Origin: Prasinococcaceae sp. CCMP 1430
Taxonomy: Eukaryota; Plantae; Prasinodermophyta
DNA: 44,886 bases
Direction: 5' to 3'
NCBI GenBank assembly: GCA_013416795.1
Contig: RQSC01001104.1
Location: 1 to 44,886 of the forward strand
A program made the position numbers and the translations under genes. Position 1 is the stretch's first letter. Each line of letters starts with the position of its first letter. Of this stretch, positions 20,520 to 31,479 are shown piece after piece. The notes beneath the pieces were generated by a model, which was not told the DNA's origin, ran no database searches, and was given only the letters and a program-made list of their open reading frames with translations.

Positions 20520-23500
20520 ATGCGCGCGCGGCAGGCGACGGCCGCCGACGCGCGCGCGGCGCAGGGCGTACTTCGCAAGAGATCGACCGCGCTCGCTCGC
20601 GCGTACGGCCCCATCGCAGGCGACGCGCTCACCGCACGGTGCGTGCTGCAGCCCGCGCATGTGTGCGCCTGGACCGACGCTCGGACCGAACAACGCTTTT
20701 CCCCAGCTCTACCAAAAAAGGCTCGCGCGCGGGGGGGGGGAGGGCGGGGGGTCAGTGGCATGGCTTGCGGCCGCGTCACGTGTGAGACTCCCCCCCCCCC
20801 GTCAAGCGTCCGAGGAGCTGTATGCAAGGACAGTCATAGCACAGGCAGAGGGGTGCAGATTTCCACCCGCGGCGTGTGCGCGAGTGGGGGGCTCGCCACC
20901 CAGCGCGCGCGCCTCGCGCGCACTTTTCGGACTTGTCCGCGAAATAAAGGCTTGCGCAGAGGCCAGATGCGGGTACAGGAACGGCGCGGTCGACGCTCGC
21001 GGGCATGCACACACGCGCGGGCACGTAAGTGGGGCGCGCCATTGCTGGTATGCTGACGCGCGATCGCCTCGCCCCTCGACCCGGATACGCGCAGGGAACT
21101 GTCCCCATTGGCGGTGTGTGTCGAGCACGATGGGGTGCCGGTGGCCTTCTTGGCGCTTGGCAACGGCCCTCCACGGAGCGAGGTGGCGAACGCAGCCGTT
21201 GAAGGCGAGTGGCTCACTGACGCAGTCAGCGCCGCTGCCGGAGCGCCACACAACCGCCTATGGGTGCATCTGTGGGTGACAATGACCGCGGAGGGCGATA
21301 CAGACCCTGCTTCGCGCAGCGCGTTGCGATACGCATTCGATGCGCTCCCGGACGTGGATCACGTGTTTGCATGCTGCGACGGCCCAAGCACCCGGGAGCT
21401 GCCGCAGGGCGTTTGCCTCTTCGAGCAAGTATCAGTCTTCGGCGACACAGAGCAGCACGTGTGCAGCAGGCGCGACGTGCTCCCCAAGCTTTCAGTGCGA
21501 CCTGCGCGCGTTGAGGACCACGACGACATCGCGCCGCAGCTCGCCGCCGCTGCCGTCGCCGCGGGTGCGGAGGCTTTCGGCGCGGCCGAGGTCGCCAGCA
21601 GTGCCGACGATGAGCCCTTTGTGCTCGCTCGGATCATCGAAGACCCTGCGCAAATCGTGCTCGTTGGCTGCAATTCCATGGAGAGGGGTGTGTCTGAGGG
21701 CCTGGTCGCGCTGACTGCGATGTCAGATGACGACATCAATGCTCTCGCCGAGCTTTTTGACCTCGAGGCGTATGACGGCTTGTGCGACACGCGCACCGTG
21801 CCACTGCCGCAGGAAGAGTTTGACGCTGCCATCGAGGCAGAGAGGCAGACGCGCGTTGCCGCCAAGGCCGCCGAGGAGGAAGCCGCTCGCCCCAAGGCGG
21901 AGGAGGAGGGTGCCGCAGCAGGGGCCACCAGCAACCCTGCCAAGGTGGAGGAGGAAGAGCAGGCCGAGGGCGAGGGGCCCCAGGAGGAGCACGAGCCGGA
22001 GCACGAGGAGCAGCCCGATGAGCCTGTTGTGGTGGAGACTACCACGGAGGAGATGCGTCCGAGCGCCTTCCGGCTATGGCTGTACTCCTTGACCGACGGC
22101 TACGCGAGCCGTGGCGTGGACTTCCTGCCCGAGATGTTTGCGCGCATGCCTGAGGCTACGTACGGCGTGGTGACGATGCCGCGCGAAGCAGAGGTCAGCA
22201 GGCTTGTGAGGAGTTTCTTTACGCGTGTGCCGCCGCGCCCGGGCGCGTCGCCGGACTTCGCGCTGTACATCGTGCATCGCCACGCGTTGCTGCCAAACTT
22301 CTGCGCACGCCTGGGCGCCGAGGGCGACGCTGATGCTGTCGCTGCGCTTGTGAGCGACTTCCCAGACGGCGAGGCGCTTGTGGCGTCGTTTGTGGAGAAG
22401 GCAAAGGCTGATCAGGCCGTTGCTGCCGAGTGCGATGGCCAGCTGGTTGGCTTCATCACAGCGAAGGAGAGGGTGCCCGCAGCCACACTCGGTGCCGCCT
22501 TTGACCTGCGTGCACTTGTGGATGTACCCCGTCACCAGCAGCTGGCCCATGTCATGCTGGATCAGGTGGTGCTCAATCCAGTCTTTGCCTTGCGCCGCAG
22601 ATTTCTACTGGGCGAAGCCATGGAGCTGTTGGGCGCGTCGGCGCTCTACATGTCCGTGGCACCAGGCGAGCCGCTGCCAGACGTCGCGGCAGAGGACATG
22701 GTGCAGGCCGCGCCCGTGCGTGCGGCGCAGCCCGACAGCGCCTCCAGCGACTTGGCCGCGCGCATGGCGTTCTCGCTCTTTGTTGCCACCTCGCGATTGC
22801 TGCGTTCGCAGCGGCCGGTGTCAAACGCCCGCGTGGTTGTGGTGGGCGCCAGCGACACAACCATGGCTTGCCTTGCCTCTCTGCTGCTCTCGCGGCGCTT
22901 AGCCCACGTGGACGTTACCGTTGTCTCTGCCGGCAACGTGGCGACCGATGCAAACCCGAGCTCATACGAGTTCGGAGCCGCGCTGCTCGCGCGCTATGGC
23001 GTCGAGGGCCAGGTCACCGTTGTGGACGGAGATGTGGTGTCGCTTGACGTTGAGTCTCGCCGGCTGGTGCTCGACTGGATCACGCTTCCATACGAGTACC
23101 TCGTCCTTGCACCGGCCCTCACAGACACCACCGCGGTCGAATACGGTATTGACCACAAGCGCGGGGTCCTGGCTGCAGACGGCGTGCCAGGGCTTCTGTC
23201 GTTCGCCGAACATGCGAAGGCGGCTGCGATGGCATTGGCGGCGGATTCGCGCACTGCTGCGGAGGAGACTGCTGCGCTCGCATCCAGGAGCGATGCCCTG
23301 GCATCGGAGGCCAAACAAGCTCGTGAGACTGCCAATGCGGTCATCAAGGAGAAGGAGGAGGCGACGATGGCCGCGCCACCGGCGCCTGAGGGGAAGGAAG
23401 AGGAGGGAGAGCCGGTGACAGAGCCCGTACTGGCCGAGGTGGCCGCGGCCGAGGCGGCGGAGGCAGCTTCCTTGGAGGCCATTGAGGCACATACCAGCAG

Positions 23501-24674
23501 CCAACTGCGTGCGGCTGAGGCGCAGTCGAAAGCTGCCAGTGCGGCCGCAGCCGCACAATGGCAGCCCGAGAGCGCCGAGAATGTTGTGGTGTGCGGCGAG
23601 GCTCTCGCAGCGCACGCCGCGGCGCAGACATTGCTCGCAGCTGGCGTGCGCGGTGAAGCGCTGACAGTGGCTGTCCCGCCCGGACGCGGGCTCGGGGATG
23701 CGCACGTTGAGGCAATGATCACGGAGGCCGCCGAGGCGAGCGGGATGACGGTGCGTCTAGACACGTCCATCTCTGAGGTCCACGCGCCCGAGGACGCTGT
23801 GACCGCCGTGACGATGGAACGTGCCATCGTAGACGGCCAGGCCGCGTCGCAGACGAGCTGCTCGCTGCTGGTGCTGGCTGCTTCGCCCGGTGTGTCCTCT
23901 GAGCTCTTCGGCGCGATCAATGAGGCGGGTGTGGTGTTTAACGGGCGCATCGTGGTGAATGGCGCCTTCGAGACGTCGGCTTCTTGCGTCTTTGCGGGAG
24001 GCGACGCCGCAGGATTCGGGCGGCGGCACGGCGACCGACCGCGCTTCGCGTGCTGCAACGCCGTGGAGGTTGGTGAGGCGCTCGCCGCGAGCGTGGAGCG
24101 TGCCGTGCTGGGGCGTGGCAGCGGCGGGGAGGACGCCCCGGCGCCGGAAATGGGTGCAGCACGATGTGCGGGCGGCTGTCTGCCGGGCGGCATTCACTAC
24201 TGCAGGGCTGCGCTGCCGCACGTGTGGGCGCGGCGTGACGCAGGTGCCGCGGAAGCGTCGGACCGGCGCTCGCTCAGCACCGAGACGGAGGCCAGCGGGT
24301 ACGTGCGTCTTGACGTGGACGCCAACGGCCTGATTGAGGCGCTCACCTACTGTGGCAAAGCTGAGCCCGAGGGCGCTTCGCTGGCGCGCGTGGTGGGGCT
24401 CAACATTTCCTTCCTGGGGGGGCTGGCCGAGAAGTACGACGCTGGCGAGGTGTCCGACCTGCTCGAGTATTTCAAGACCCCCTGGATGGCAGCACTCTTC
24501 GAGGACGGCTTCAGGGGAACGCTGGCAAAGATGCGCGCGGCGATGCCGTATGGTGCCGACATGGCGCCCGAGGAGCGCGTTGCAGCGGGCAAGGCGGTCG
24601 TGCAGAAGGAGATCCTCCGGCTGCTCAAGGACAGCGAAGGCCTCGCGCCCTACTCGCTGCCGGTGTACGCCTGA
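20520..24674 (+). CDS. CFAP61: Cilia- and flagella-associated protein 61 (calmodulin- and spoke-associated complex subunit); exons 20520-20638 and 21095-24674
   Basis: About 1230 aa. The N-terminus RARQATAADA...LARAYG..ALTAR/ELSPLAVCVEHDG is joined by a phase-2 intron (GTGCGT...CTGAC...CAG). Also LSVRPARVEDHDDI, SAFRLWLY...RGVDFLPEMFARMPEATYGVVTMP, a degenerate Rossmann RVVVVGASDT and VFNGRIVVN...FET...VFAGGD. Confidence 0.88.
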
Positions 24675-25056
24675 TCATGGATACATCCAGTAATTACAAA
24701 CACACATTGCACGCCGCACTGCCGGGCGGGGGCGGGGTGTTCCGCGGCGCTGAGCCCCCACGAGCCGCCGGCCGCGACCGGGCGACCGGGGAGGGGAAGG
24801 TCCAGCTCGCGAGCCCCGTGCGCCGCAGACCACCACCCCGATTCGGATCGAGCGCCGTGTTAGGGTTACAGATTTGTAGTACTACACATGGGGCCCACGA
24901 TTTAGGGTCAGGACCCTGCTGGGCTGAGCTGCCTCGGCTGCGGAATTCAGCGGGCGGCGGCTTCGGTCGGCGGCCCCGGCGCTGTTCGCGGCCCGAAACG
25001 CGCGCTCGCGAAAACCCCGCGAAATTGTCTCCGTGGTTCGCACCCGCCCACATTTA

Positions 25057-25068
25057 CCCACGGGAGAG
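25057..25068 (+). promoter_or_regulatory. Recurrent intergenic motif CCCACGGGAGAG (also at 28408-28419 and 33833-33844; 11/12 match on the minus strand at 18425-18435)
   Basis: Exact copies read in the sequence, all in intergenic or gene-start regions. A regulatory role is inference. Confidence 0.4.
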
Positions 25069-25394
25069 ATATATTGCGTGCGTTTAGATGACATTTTCAG
25101 GACGTCACCGTCGCGCGGCGGGGTAAAACGCGGATAATGTGGGCGTCGTCCGACGCGCGCGCGCGCAGCACACGCGCCGGGGAAGGAAGAGGCTCCCCGT
25201 TCCGCCCGAGTGTGTGCTGCGAGGGGGGGGGGGAAGTCACTGCGCGTGCGGCGCGGGTTGCAGGCACGGGGGGTGGGTGCCCTGCCCTACAAGCGAGGGG
25301 CGTGCTCGTGCGGCGCGGTCGGGGGCGCGCGGGTGACGGCCGCAGCGGCGTGCTGCGGCGCGGCGAGCGGCGCGCCGGAGTGGCGCCGCTGGGG

Positions 25395-26471
25395 ATGGGC
25401 GTGACGGCCGGCGTGCCGGTGGCAGGCGGGGGCGCAGGCGGCGCGAGCGGTGAGGTCGTTGCGGCGGCATCCACGGCAACAGTGGCGGCGCCGGCGGTGT
25501 CGCAGGCGTTCAAGGCGGTGGCTGGCGGAATTTCCGGCACAGTGTGCTCGCTGGTCTGCTCCCCTCTCGATGTTGCGCGCACACGAGCCATGGTGGAGCG
25601 CACGACCCTCGCAGCGGGCGCGGCAAGCGGCGGCTCCCTCAACGGGATGTACACGGGCGTGGTCGCGCCCCTCCGGCACATATACACACAGGAGGGCGTG
25701 CGAGGCTGGTTTCGGGGACTCGTCCCGTCACTGGTGAACGTGCCTGTCTTCTGGTCGCTGTACTTCCCGATGTACGACGCGGCAAAGCAAGCGGTGCGCA
25801 GCAGCGGCTGGGACCTGCCGGAAACGATGGAGCACCTCGCCGGCGCGGTGAGTGCGGGCGCAGTCTGCGACCTCATCACCAATCCGCTGTGGGTGCTGCG
25901 TACGAGACTGCAGACGCATAATATGTACGCGGCACCGGGGAAAGGCGTGCGCGCCCTCGGCGTGCTGGAGTGCGCGAGGGGCATACTGCGGCACGAAGGA
26001 GCGCTCGCCTACTACAAGGGCCTGGGGGCGTCGCTGCTCGGGCTGAGCCACGTCGCCATCCAGTTCCCGCTGTACGAGCACTTCAAAAAGAAATGCGGTG
26101 AGCGACCCGGCCGACGGGACGGGCCGCTCTCCACCGGAGAGATTGTCGCGTCGTCCATGGGCTCGAAGGCCATCGCCTCGACCCTTACCTACCCGCACGA
26201 GGTCCTACGCGCACGACTGCAGCACCAGGTGACGGCCGTTGGGAGGGGCAGGGGCGGCAGCAGCCCTGGCGCAGCGCCACGGCCACGTGCGTACACAGGC
26301 ATCACCGATGCGGTCCGTCAGATCATCCGCGAAGAGGGCATTGCGGGCATGTACAGAGGACTGAGCCTCAACCTCGTGCGAACGCTGCCTGCTGTGGCGG
26401 TCACCTTCACGACCTACGAGAAGATCGTGCAGGAGCTGCCCAAACTTGGCATAGGCGCCGCCGAGCGATGA
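25395..26471 (+). CDS. Mitochondrial carrier family protein, NAD+ transporter NDT1/NDT2-like
   Basis: Three carrier repeats: SPLDVARTR, TNPLWVLRTRLQT and TYPHEVLRARLQ. GLSHVAIQFPLYE and LNLVRTLPAVAVTFTTYE match the NAD+ carrier subfamily as I recall it. The ORF is open from 25137; the likely ATG is 25395. Confidence 0.88.
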   Translation: MGVTAGVPVAGGGAGGASGEVVAAASTATVAAPAVSQAFKAVAGGISGTVCSLVCSPLDVARTRAMVERTTLAAGAASGGSLNGMYTGVVAPLRHIYTQEGVRGWFRGLVPSLVNVPVFWSLYFPMYDAAKQAVRSSGWDLPETMEHLAGAVSAGAVCDLITNPLWVLRTRLQTHNMYAAPGKGVRALGVLECARGILRHEGALAYYKGLGASLLGLSHVAIQFPLYEHFKKKCGERPGRRDGPLSTGEIVASSMGSKAIASTLTYPHEVLRARLQHQVTAVGRGRGGSSPGAAPRPRAYTGITDAVRQIIREEGIAGMYRGLSLNLVRTLPAVAVTFTTYEKIVQELPKLGIGAAER

Positions 26472-26664
26472 GCTTTGCTGTGGGCGGCGCTCGAGGGCTG
26501 CGGCACCGCGCTCTTGGATGCGCCGACCTGTGTACTGCCGCTTGTACAATAATCAATTGAGTATTAGGGTGATCTGATGGCAGTGCCGTGTGTGTGCGCG
26601 TGCCGCCCGGCACCCGCTGGTACGCATCGGAGAGCATGAGCCGCGCCACCCCCCGCCGCGTGCG

Positions 26665-27693
26665 TCATCTCGCCAGCACGAGCAAGGTGACCTCGTCGCT
26701 AAAGCTTGCGCCCATTGCGTCTACCAACGCTGCTTGTGGGTCATTCAGGATCGCGCCATTCAACACCAGCGTCACGCGCTCCTGCGCGATGCCGCTGGCT
26801 TCCGACACCGCCGCACGAGCCGCCGTGACAGTGTCGGAAATCTTCACGGAGAGTAGATGGCGAGTGTCGTTGCCGCCGCCCCCTCCGCCCACCACCTTGG
26901 CGTATACCCGCACATCAGCGGCCGAGGCGGCCGTAGATTGTTTCGCCCAGATATCTGCGCGCTCGCGCCTGTCCTCCGCGGCTCGTGCGGCCGCCTTCAG
27001 CGTCGCCACGCGTGCTGCCTCCTCGCGCTCTCGTATGCGCTTGGCCGCGAGGGCTCGGGCCTCCGCCTCCAACTGGCGCTCGCGCGCCTCTGCGGCGGCC
27101 TTAGCGGCCGCTGCCTCCTCCGCCTCGGCGCGCTGAGCCTCGCGTACAGCACGCGCGGCTTCTCGTCGCTTGTTTTCCGCCTCTGCTGCCTTGGCAGTGG
27201 CGGAGTCTTGCGCGGCCTGCAGGCGCGCAACAGCCGCAGCGCGCTTGTCACGGTGGGATTCCTCACGTTGCGCTTCGCGGCGCGCCCCCCTGCCAAAGAG
27301 GCCCCCGCCCTTGGCGGATGGCGCAGGCGTTGTAGCCGCAGCATCAGCGGCGTTGTGTTCCCCAGGACCCTCTGGCGCGTCTGATGCCTCCGGCGAACCA
27401 TTGCCCTTCGTGTCGTCGCTGCCTTCGCCGGCTTGCTCCACATTCCGCGAACGCCGATGCCCAGCAGCGCGCAGCGGGTTCTCGTAAGCGCGCCCAGCGC
27501 CCGCGCCTGCTGGCGCCTCGCCGCCGCGGGATAGGTACGCCGTGCCAAGCCAAATGGCCGCGATGAGCACCCCCCACGCCGCGAAGAGCCGCCAGGTCAC
27601 CTCATCGTCCTGGGCGCCCGCGCGCGCCCCCACGCCCGTGCCTTGCTCATACTGCGCCTCCTCATACTCGCCGAAGCCGACTTGCTCGTCCAT
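26665..27693 (-). CDS. Single-pass membrane protein with a coiled coil and a C-terminal ubiquitin-like domain, 342 aa
   Basis: TM segment WRLFAAWGVLIAAIWLGTAYL; long Ala/Glu/Arg coiled coil; C-terminal VRVYAKV...LSVKISDTVTAARAAVSEASGIAQERVTLVLNGAILND fits a beta-grasp/ubiquitin pattern without a terminal GG. Confidence 0.75.
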   Translation of the reverse strand: MDEQVGFGEYEEAQYEQGTGVGARAGAQDDEVTWRLFAAWGVLIAAIWLGTAYLSRGGEAPAGAGAGRAYENPLRAAGHRRSRNVEQAGEGSDDTKGNGSPEASDAPEGPGEHNAADAAATTPAPSAKGGGLFGRGARREAQREESHRDKRAAAVARLQAAQDSATAKAAEAENKRREAARAVREAQRAEAEEAAAAKAAAEARERQLEAEARALAAKRIREREEAARVATLKAAARAAEDRRERADIWAKQSTAASAADVRVYAKVVGGGGGGNDTRHLLSVKISDTVTAARAAVSEASGIAQERVTLVLNGAILNDPQAALVDAMGASFSDEVTLLVLAR

Positions 27694-27951
27694 CAGGCCA
27701 CCCCCGGCACGGAGGGGCAGAGAGATGGAGGGAGAGGCAGCTGCCTGTGAACACCCCCCAAGTCCCCCCCACCCCACCCCACCCCCACCCCCCACCCACC
27801 CACACACCACCACCAAATACACACACGCGCTCCCCCCACCTCCGCTTCCCCCTGCTCTGCCGCGCGCGCGCTCTGTGCGCCGCCACCACGCCGCGCCGCA
27901 CGCCACGCCACGCCACGCCACGCCACCCTGCCGCTCGATCCACTCGGCGAA

Positions 27952-28200
27952 AAAATGATGACGGAGGGGACCAAAAAATGGCTTGGTCAACTGTAAAGTA
28001 ACCCGAACTCGCAGCAAAATGATCCAAAATGAATCAAAATGAACCAAAATGACACATATAAATGCATTAAAAACGAACCCTAAAACCCGAATGTGCGCGC
28101 CCGAGAACGAAAACAACAAAAAACAACAAAAATATTTATGCGAGTTCGGGTTACTTTACAGTTGACCAAGCCATTTTTTGGTCCCCTCCGTCATCATTTT
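27952..28200. mobile_element. MITE/foldback-like element: perfect 62-bp inverted repeats (27952-28013 and 28139-28200) around a 125-bp AT-rich spacer
   Basis: The left arm AAAATGATGACGGAGGGGACCAAAAAATGGCTTGGTCAACTGTAAAGTAACCCGAACTCGCA is the exact reverse complement of 28139-28200. The inverted repeat is certain; the mobile-element identity is inferred. The only possible target-site duplication is AA. Confidence 0.55.
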
Positions 28201-28842
28201 AATGTGTTTTGATGTGTCATTTTGCTGTCAGGGTTTACACTAAATCCTTCCACTGGCTCTCTCAATTTGATATAAAATGTTCCCAACCCAACCTCGGGAC
28301 AAGCATGCAAATTCTACGTCAAACGGTTGACCTCGTTTCTCTTTAGACTTTGCCCGTCGACCCGCATCGAGGTCCTCTCTGTTTGACGCGCCCCCGGCGC
28401 CCTCATCCCCACGGGAGAGTGGATTTTGTTGTTTTGTTTTTTGTCGATTTTTTGGGTCGATATTCGTGCCGGCAACGGCCCCGCGGGGCGCCCGGAAGAG
28501 AGGCTGGATTTTCACCCAGCGGGTCCGCCGCTGGCCCCTGCTGATGGGAGCCTGCAGAGGCTGCGCAGGGGGCCGCCGCCGCCGGCGCGGCGCGCTTTTC
28601 CCGTTTCCGTTTTCGCGCGGATTTCGGGGCCAGCCGCCGCAGGGCCGCGGGCCGCGCGAGCGCGCGGGACGGGTGCGTTTTGGTGGGGCGGCCCCCGGCA
28701 GGCGGCGCGCCAGCAGAGACCTAAGCGGGCGCTCACGCGCCGCGACGCGGGTGCATGCGCGCTTGCGCGCGCGCGCGGGCGCGCGCGCGGAGGCCAGTGC
28801 TGACGCGCGCTGCCTCGCGCTGGCCCCTTACGTGCGACGCAG

Positions 28843-29990
28843 TGAGCGACAGCGAGTATGAGAGCGATGTGGAGGAGGAGGTCGTGCAGGACCTCTCCGA
28901 CGACGTCGTCATGACCAAGTACAAGCTCGCCGCCGAGATTGCCAACAAGGTCCTCAAGCAGGTCGTGGATGGGTGCACGGCCGGCGCCAGCATCGCTGAG
29001 CTCTGCAAGGTCGGCGACGAATCAATCGTGGCCGAGACTGCGGCTGTGTACAACAAGAAGAACGACAAGGGCGAGAAGGTGGAGAAGGGCCTCGCGTTCC
29101 CGACCTGCGTGAGCGTGAACAACTGCGTTTGCCACAACTCGCCGCCCAGCAGCGACGACAGCGCGCTCGCGGAGGGCGACCTCGTCAAGGTCGACCTCGG
29201 TGTGCACGTCGACGGCTTCATCGCAGTGGTGGCACACACTGTGTGCGTGGGCGGTGCGCCCAAGAACTCCAAGGCTGCCGACGTGCTCCTCGCCGGCCAG
29301 AACGCGCTCGAGGTCGCCATGCGCCAGTGCGCCGCTGGCAAGTCCAACCAGGACGTGTCGGAGCCCATGCAGAAGGCGGCGGAGGCGTACGGCTGCAGCG
29401 TCGTGGAGGGCGTGCTCACCCATCAGATGAAGCGCTACATCATCGATGGCAACGTGGTGGTGCTCAACAAACCCTCCACCGAGTACCGCGCGGAGGAGCA
29501 GAACTTCAGCCTGCATGAGGTGTACGCTGTGGACGTGGTGGTGAGCACCGGCGAGGGTAAGCCGAAGATGCTCGATGAGAAGCAGACGCAGGTGTACAAG
29601 GCGGATATGTCCAAGAAGTACAGCCTCAAGCTCAAGGCATCGCGTGGCATCTACGCGCAGATCAAGAACCTGCCGTCGGGCGGCGCTCTGCCGTTCACTG
29701 TGCGCGACCTCGAGGCAGAGAGCGAGAGCCGCATGAAGATGGGCCTGGTCGAGTGCCTGCAGCACGAGCTCCTGCAGCCCTACCCGGTGCTGTACGAGAA
29801 GGACGGGGAGCTCGTGGCTCACTTCAAGGCCACTTGCTTGCTCGTGGGCGCGGGTGTGGACAAGGTGACGGGCATGCCGGTCGAGGGTGTCGAGTCCGAC
29901 AAGAAGATCGAGGACGAGGAGGTGCTCGCGCTGCTCGCCACCCCGCTTCGCAAGAAGAAGAAGAACAAGAAGAAGAAGGCTCAGGCGTAA
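28843..29990 (+). CDS. PA2G4: ErbB3-binding protein 1 / proliferation-associated 2G4 (pseudo-methionine aminopeptidase fold); start codon unresolved
   Basis: VVMTKYKLAAEIANKVL, GLAFPTCVSVNNCVCHNSP, VKVDLGVHVDGFIAVVAHT, LTHQMKRYIIDG, EVYAVDVVVSTGEGK, PFTVRDL, LLQPYPVLYEK and a poly-Lys tail. Confidence 0.95.
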
Positions 29991-30202
29991 GGAGGTGGGC
30001 GCCTCTACCTGGCTCGCCTGTGCTGCGCGCTGCTGCTAATACTCCCGCGGCGATGCAGCGATGCTGTAATCGGACTCATCATGTCACCACAGCATGTCGG
30101 GCAGGTGGAGGCCTGCCATGGTCGTCAAGTATGTGTGCGATGTACAGAGGAAGTGGAGGGACTCGGCATGCGCCGGTGCTTAGATCACCACAGACTTCCC
30201 GC

Positions 30203-30816
30203 TCAGTCCAGCGCGTCCAAGCCCTGGCCCACCGGTCCGCAGGCGAGGATGTCTTTGATGCCTTCATTGTTGTTGCAACGCCCGGCGAGCGGAGTGTTGC
30301 CGAAGTCGTCCTTCAAGCTCGCATCGGCGCCGTACCTGCGTCAGCGTCGCGCGTCCGGCGTCAGCCACATTGAGGACAGCGCGCTCGGGCATTCGCACGC
30401 ATGTTGACGAGATTGCTGCTCGTCCCATGCTCGGGTGAATCGCAGCGTCTCCACCCCCATCTGCGCACGTACTCGAGCAACAGCCGCACCACGTCGACGT
30501 GTTCGTTGTATGCGGCGTAGTGAAGCGGACGGTACCCCCCCTCCTTGAATGCGTTCGGGTCCGCGCCCGCGTCGAGAAGTATGTTTGCAATCTCGAGTTG
30601 TCCCCACGCTGCCGCCTCGTGCAGCGCGGTGCCCTCTGACTGGCACATCTTGCCATCCACCTCGAGGAAATGCGACCACTGCGAATGCGACGTGTCAGGA
30701 TTGAGGCCGAGACGTATCTGATTGCGCACGTTGTCAATCTCGCCATTCTGGACCTTCAAGCGCGACAAGTTGGGCAGCAGGTAGGCGCGCGAATTTGGTG
30801 GCGTCAGCTTCGCCAT
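30203..30816 (-). CDS. Small ankyrin-repeat protein; exons 30816-30473 and 30335-30203 (an upstream exon is possible)
   Basis: GTALHEAAAWGQLEIANILLDAGADPN, GYRPLHYAAYNEHVDVVRLLLE/YGADASLKDDFGNTPL. The phase-2 intron 30336-30472 has GTACGT, CTGAC and CAG signals. Confidence 0.85.
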
Positions 30817-31479
30817 GTCGGTCCTGCGCGGCAGAGACAGCGGCGCAGGGACCATGCTAGCTGCCGCCGTGCGGTCTCCGCGTGCCGCATCCGGCATCTG
30901 AAGCCCCCCCGCGCCCGCCCGCTCGCCTTCCCCCACGCGTACGCTGACGCGTGCGCCGCTGCGCTCCCAAGCGCGAGACGTGCGCACCATCGCGCACAAG
31001 GCGACGCCTGACACCACATCGGTCTGCAGCTCGGGCGCCATCGTGTTGCTGGCGGTGGCAGGCAGCGCCGGCGCAGCCGCTGCACCGCTGCGACGGAGCG
31101 CTGCAGCGGCGCGCGATGTGGTGCGCCGTTTCACTCGCCCCCTCCCCCCCGCGCCGGCTGGCCCCCTCCCAGCGACAGTAGTAGGAAGGGCGCGAAAGAC
31201 TCGGAGAGAGAGAGAGCGTGTGCGCGCGCTCTCTACAAAGCTGGGGCATCGATCGGGATTTTGATCCGGTGGCGAATGCGAACGGCCGCGCCGCCGACTG
31301 CTGCGGCGCCGTTTCGCGCGCGCGCGGGGGAACGCGGGGGGGGACGAACGCGCGCATGCAATTTGACCTCCGTGCTGATTCTGGCAATCTGGTATGCCGA
31401 TTGGTTACGATACATGGTGGGTTGTGTGGCCGCATGCCCTCGCTGCCCTTCGCGCAGATGGCGCCGCCTGGCACGCGGC

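Noticed and set aside
20416-20521. Minus-strand ORF MLVAARAAAPAAAAP... sharing the CATG palindrome with the CFAP61 start
   Set aside because: Its donor (GTCAAA) is weak and splicing to the 20235 acceptor gives a stop after 24 codons; the Ala-rich look is explained by GC-rich CFAP61 5' sequence.
25030-25050. GTGGTTCGCACCC resembling a tRNA T-arm
   Set aside because: No acceptor stem, D arm or anticodon arm can be built around it.
27955-28013. ATGATGA as a C/D snoRNA C box
   Set aside because: No CTGA D box at a suitable position and no rRNA-complementary guide recognised; the motif is part of the inverted repeat arm.
27694-28119. N-terminal extension of ORF 26665-28119
   Set aside because: It starts at a non-ATG codon within the inverted-repeat element and translates G-tract UTR sequence; ATG 27693 is the credible start.
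3294-31320. TTTCGCGC E2F-like sites in several intergenic regions
   Set aside because: An A/T tract next to a CGCG run is expected from the local composition; enrichment cannot be supported without a genome-wide count.
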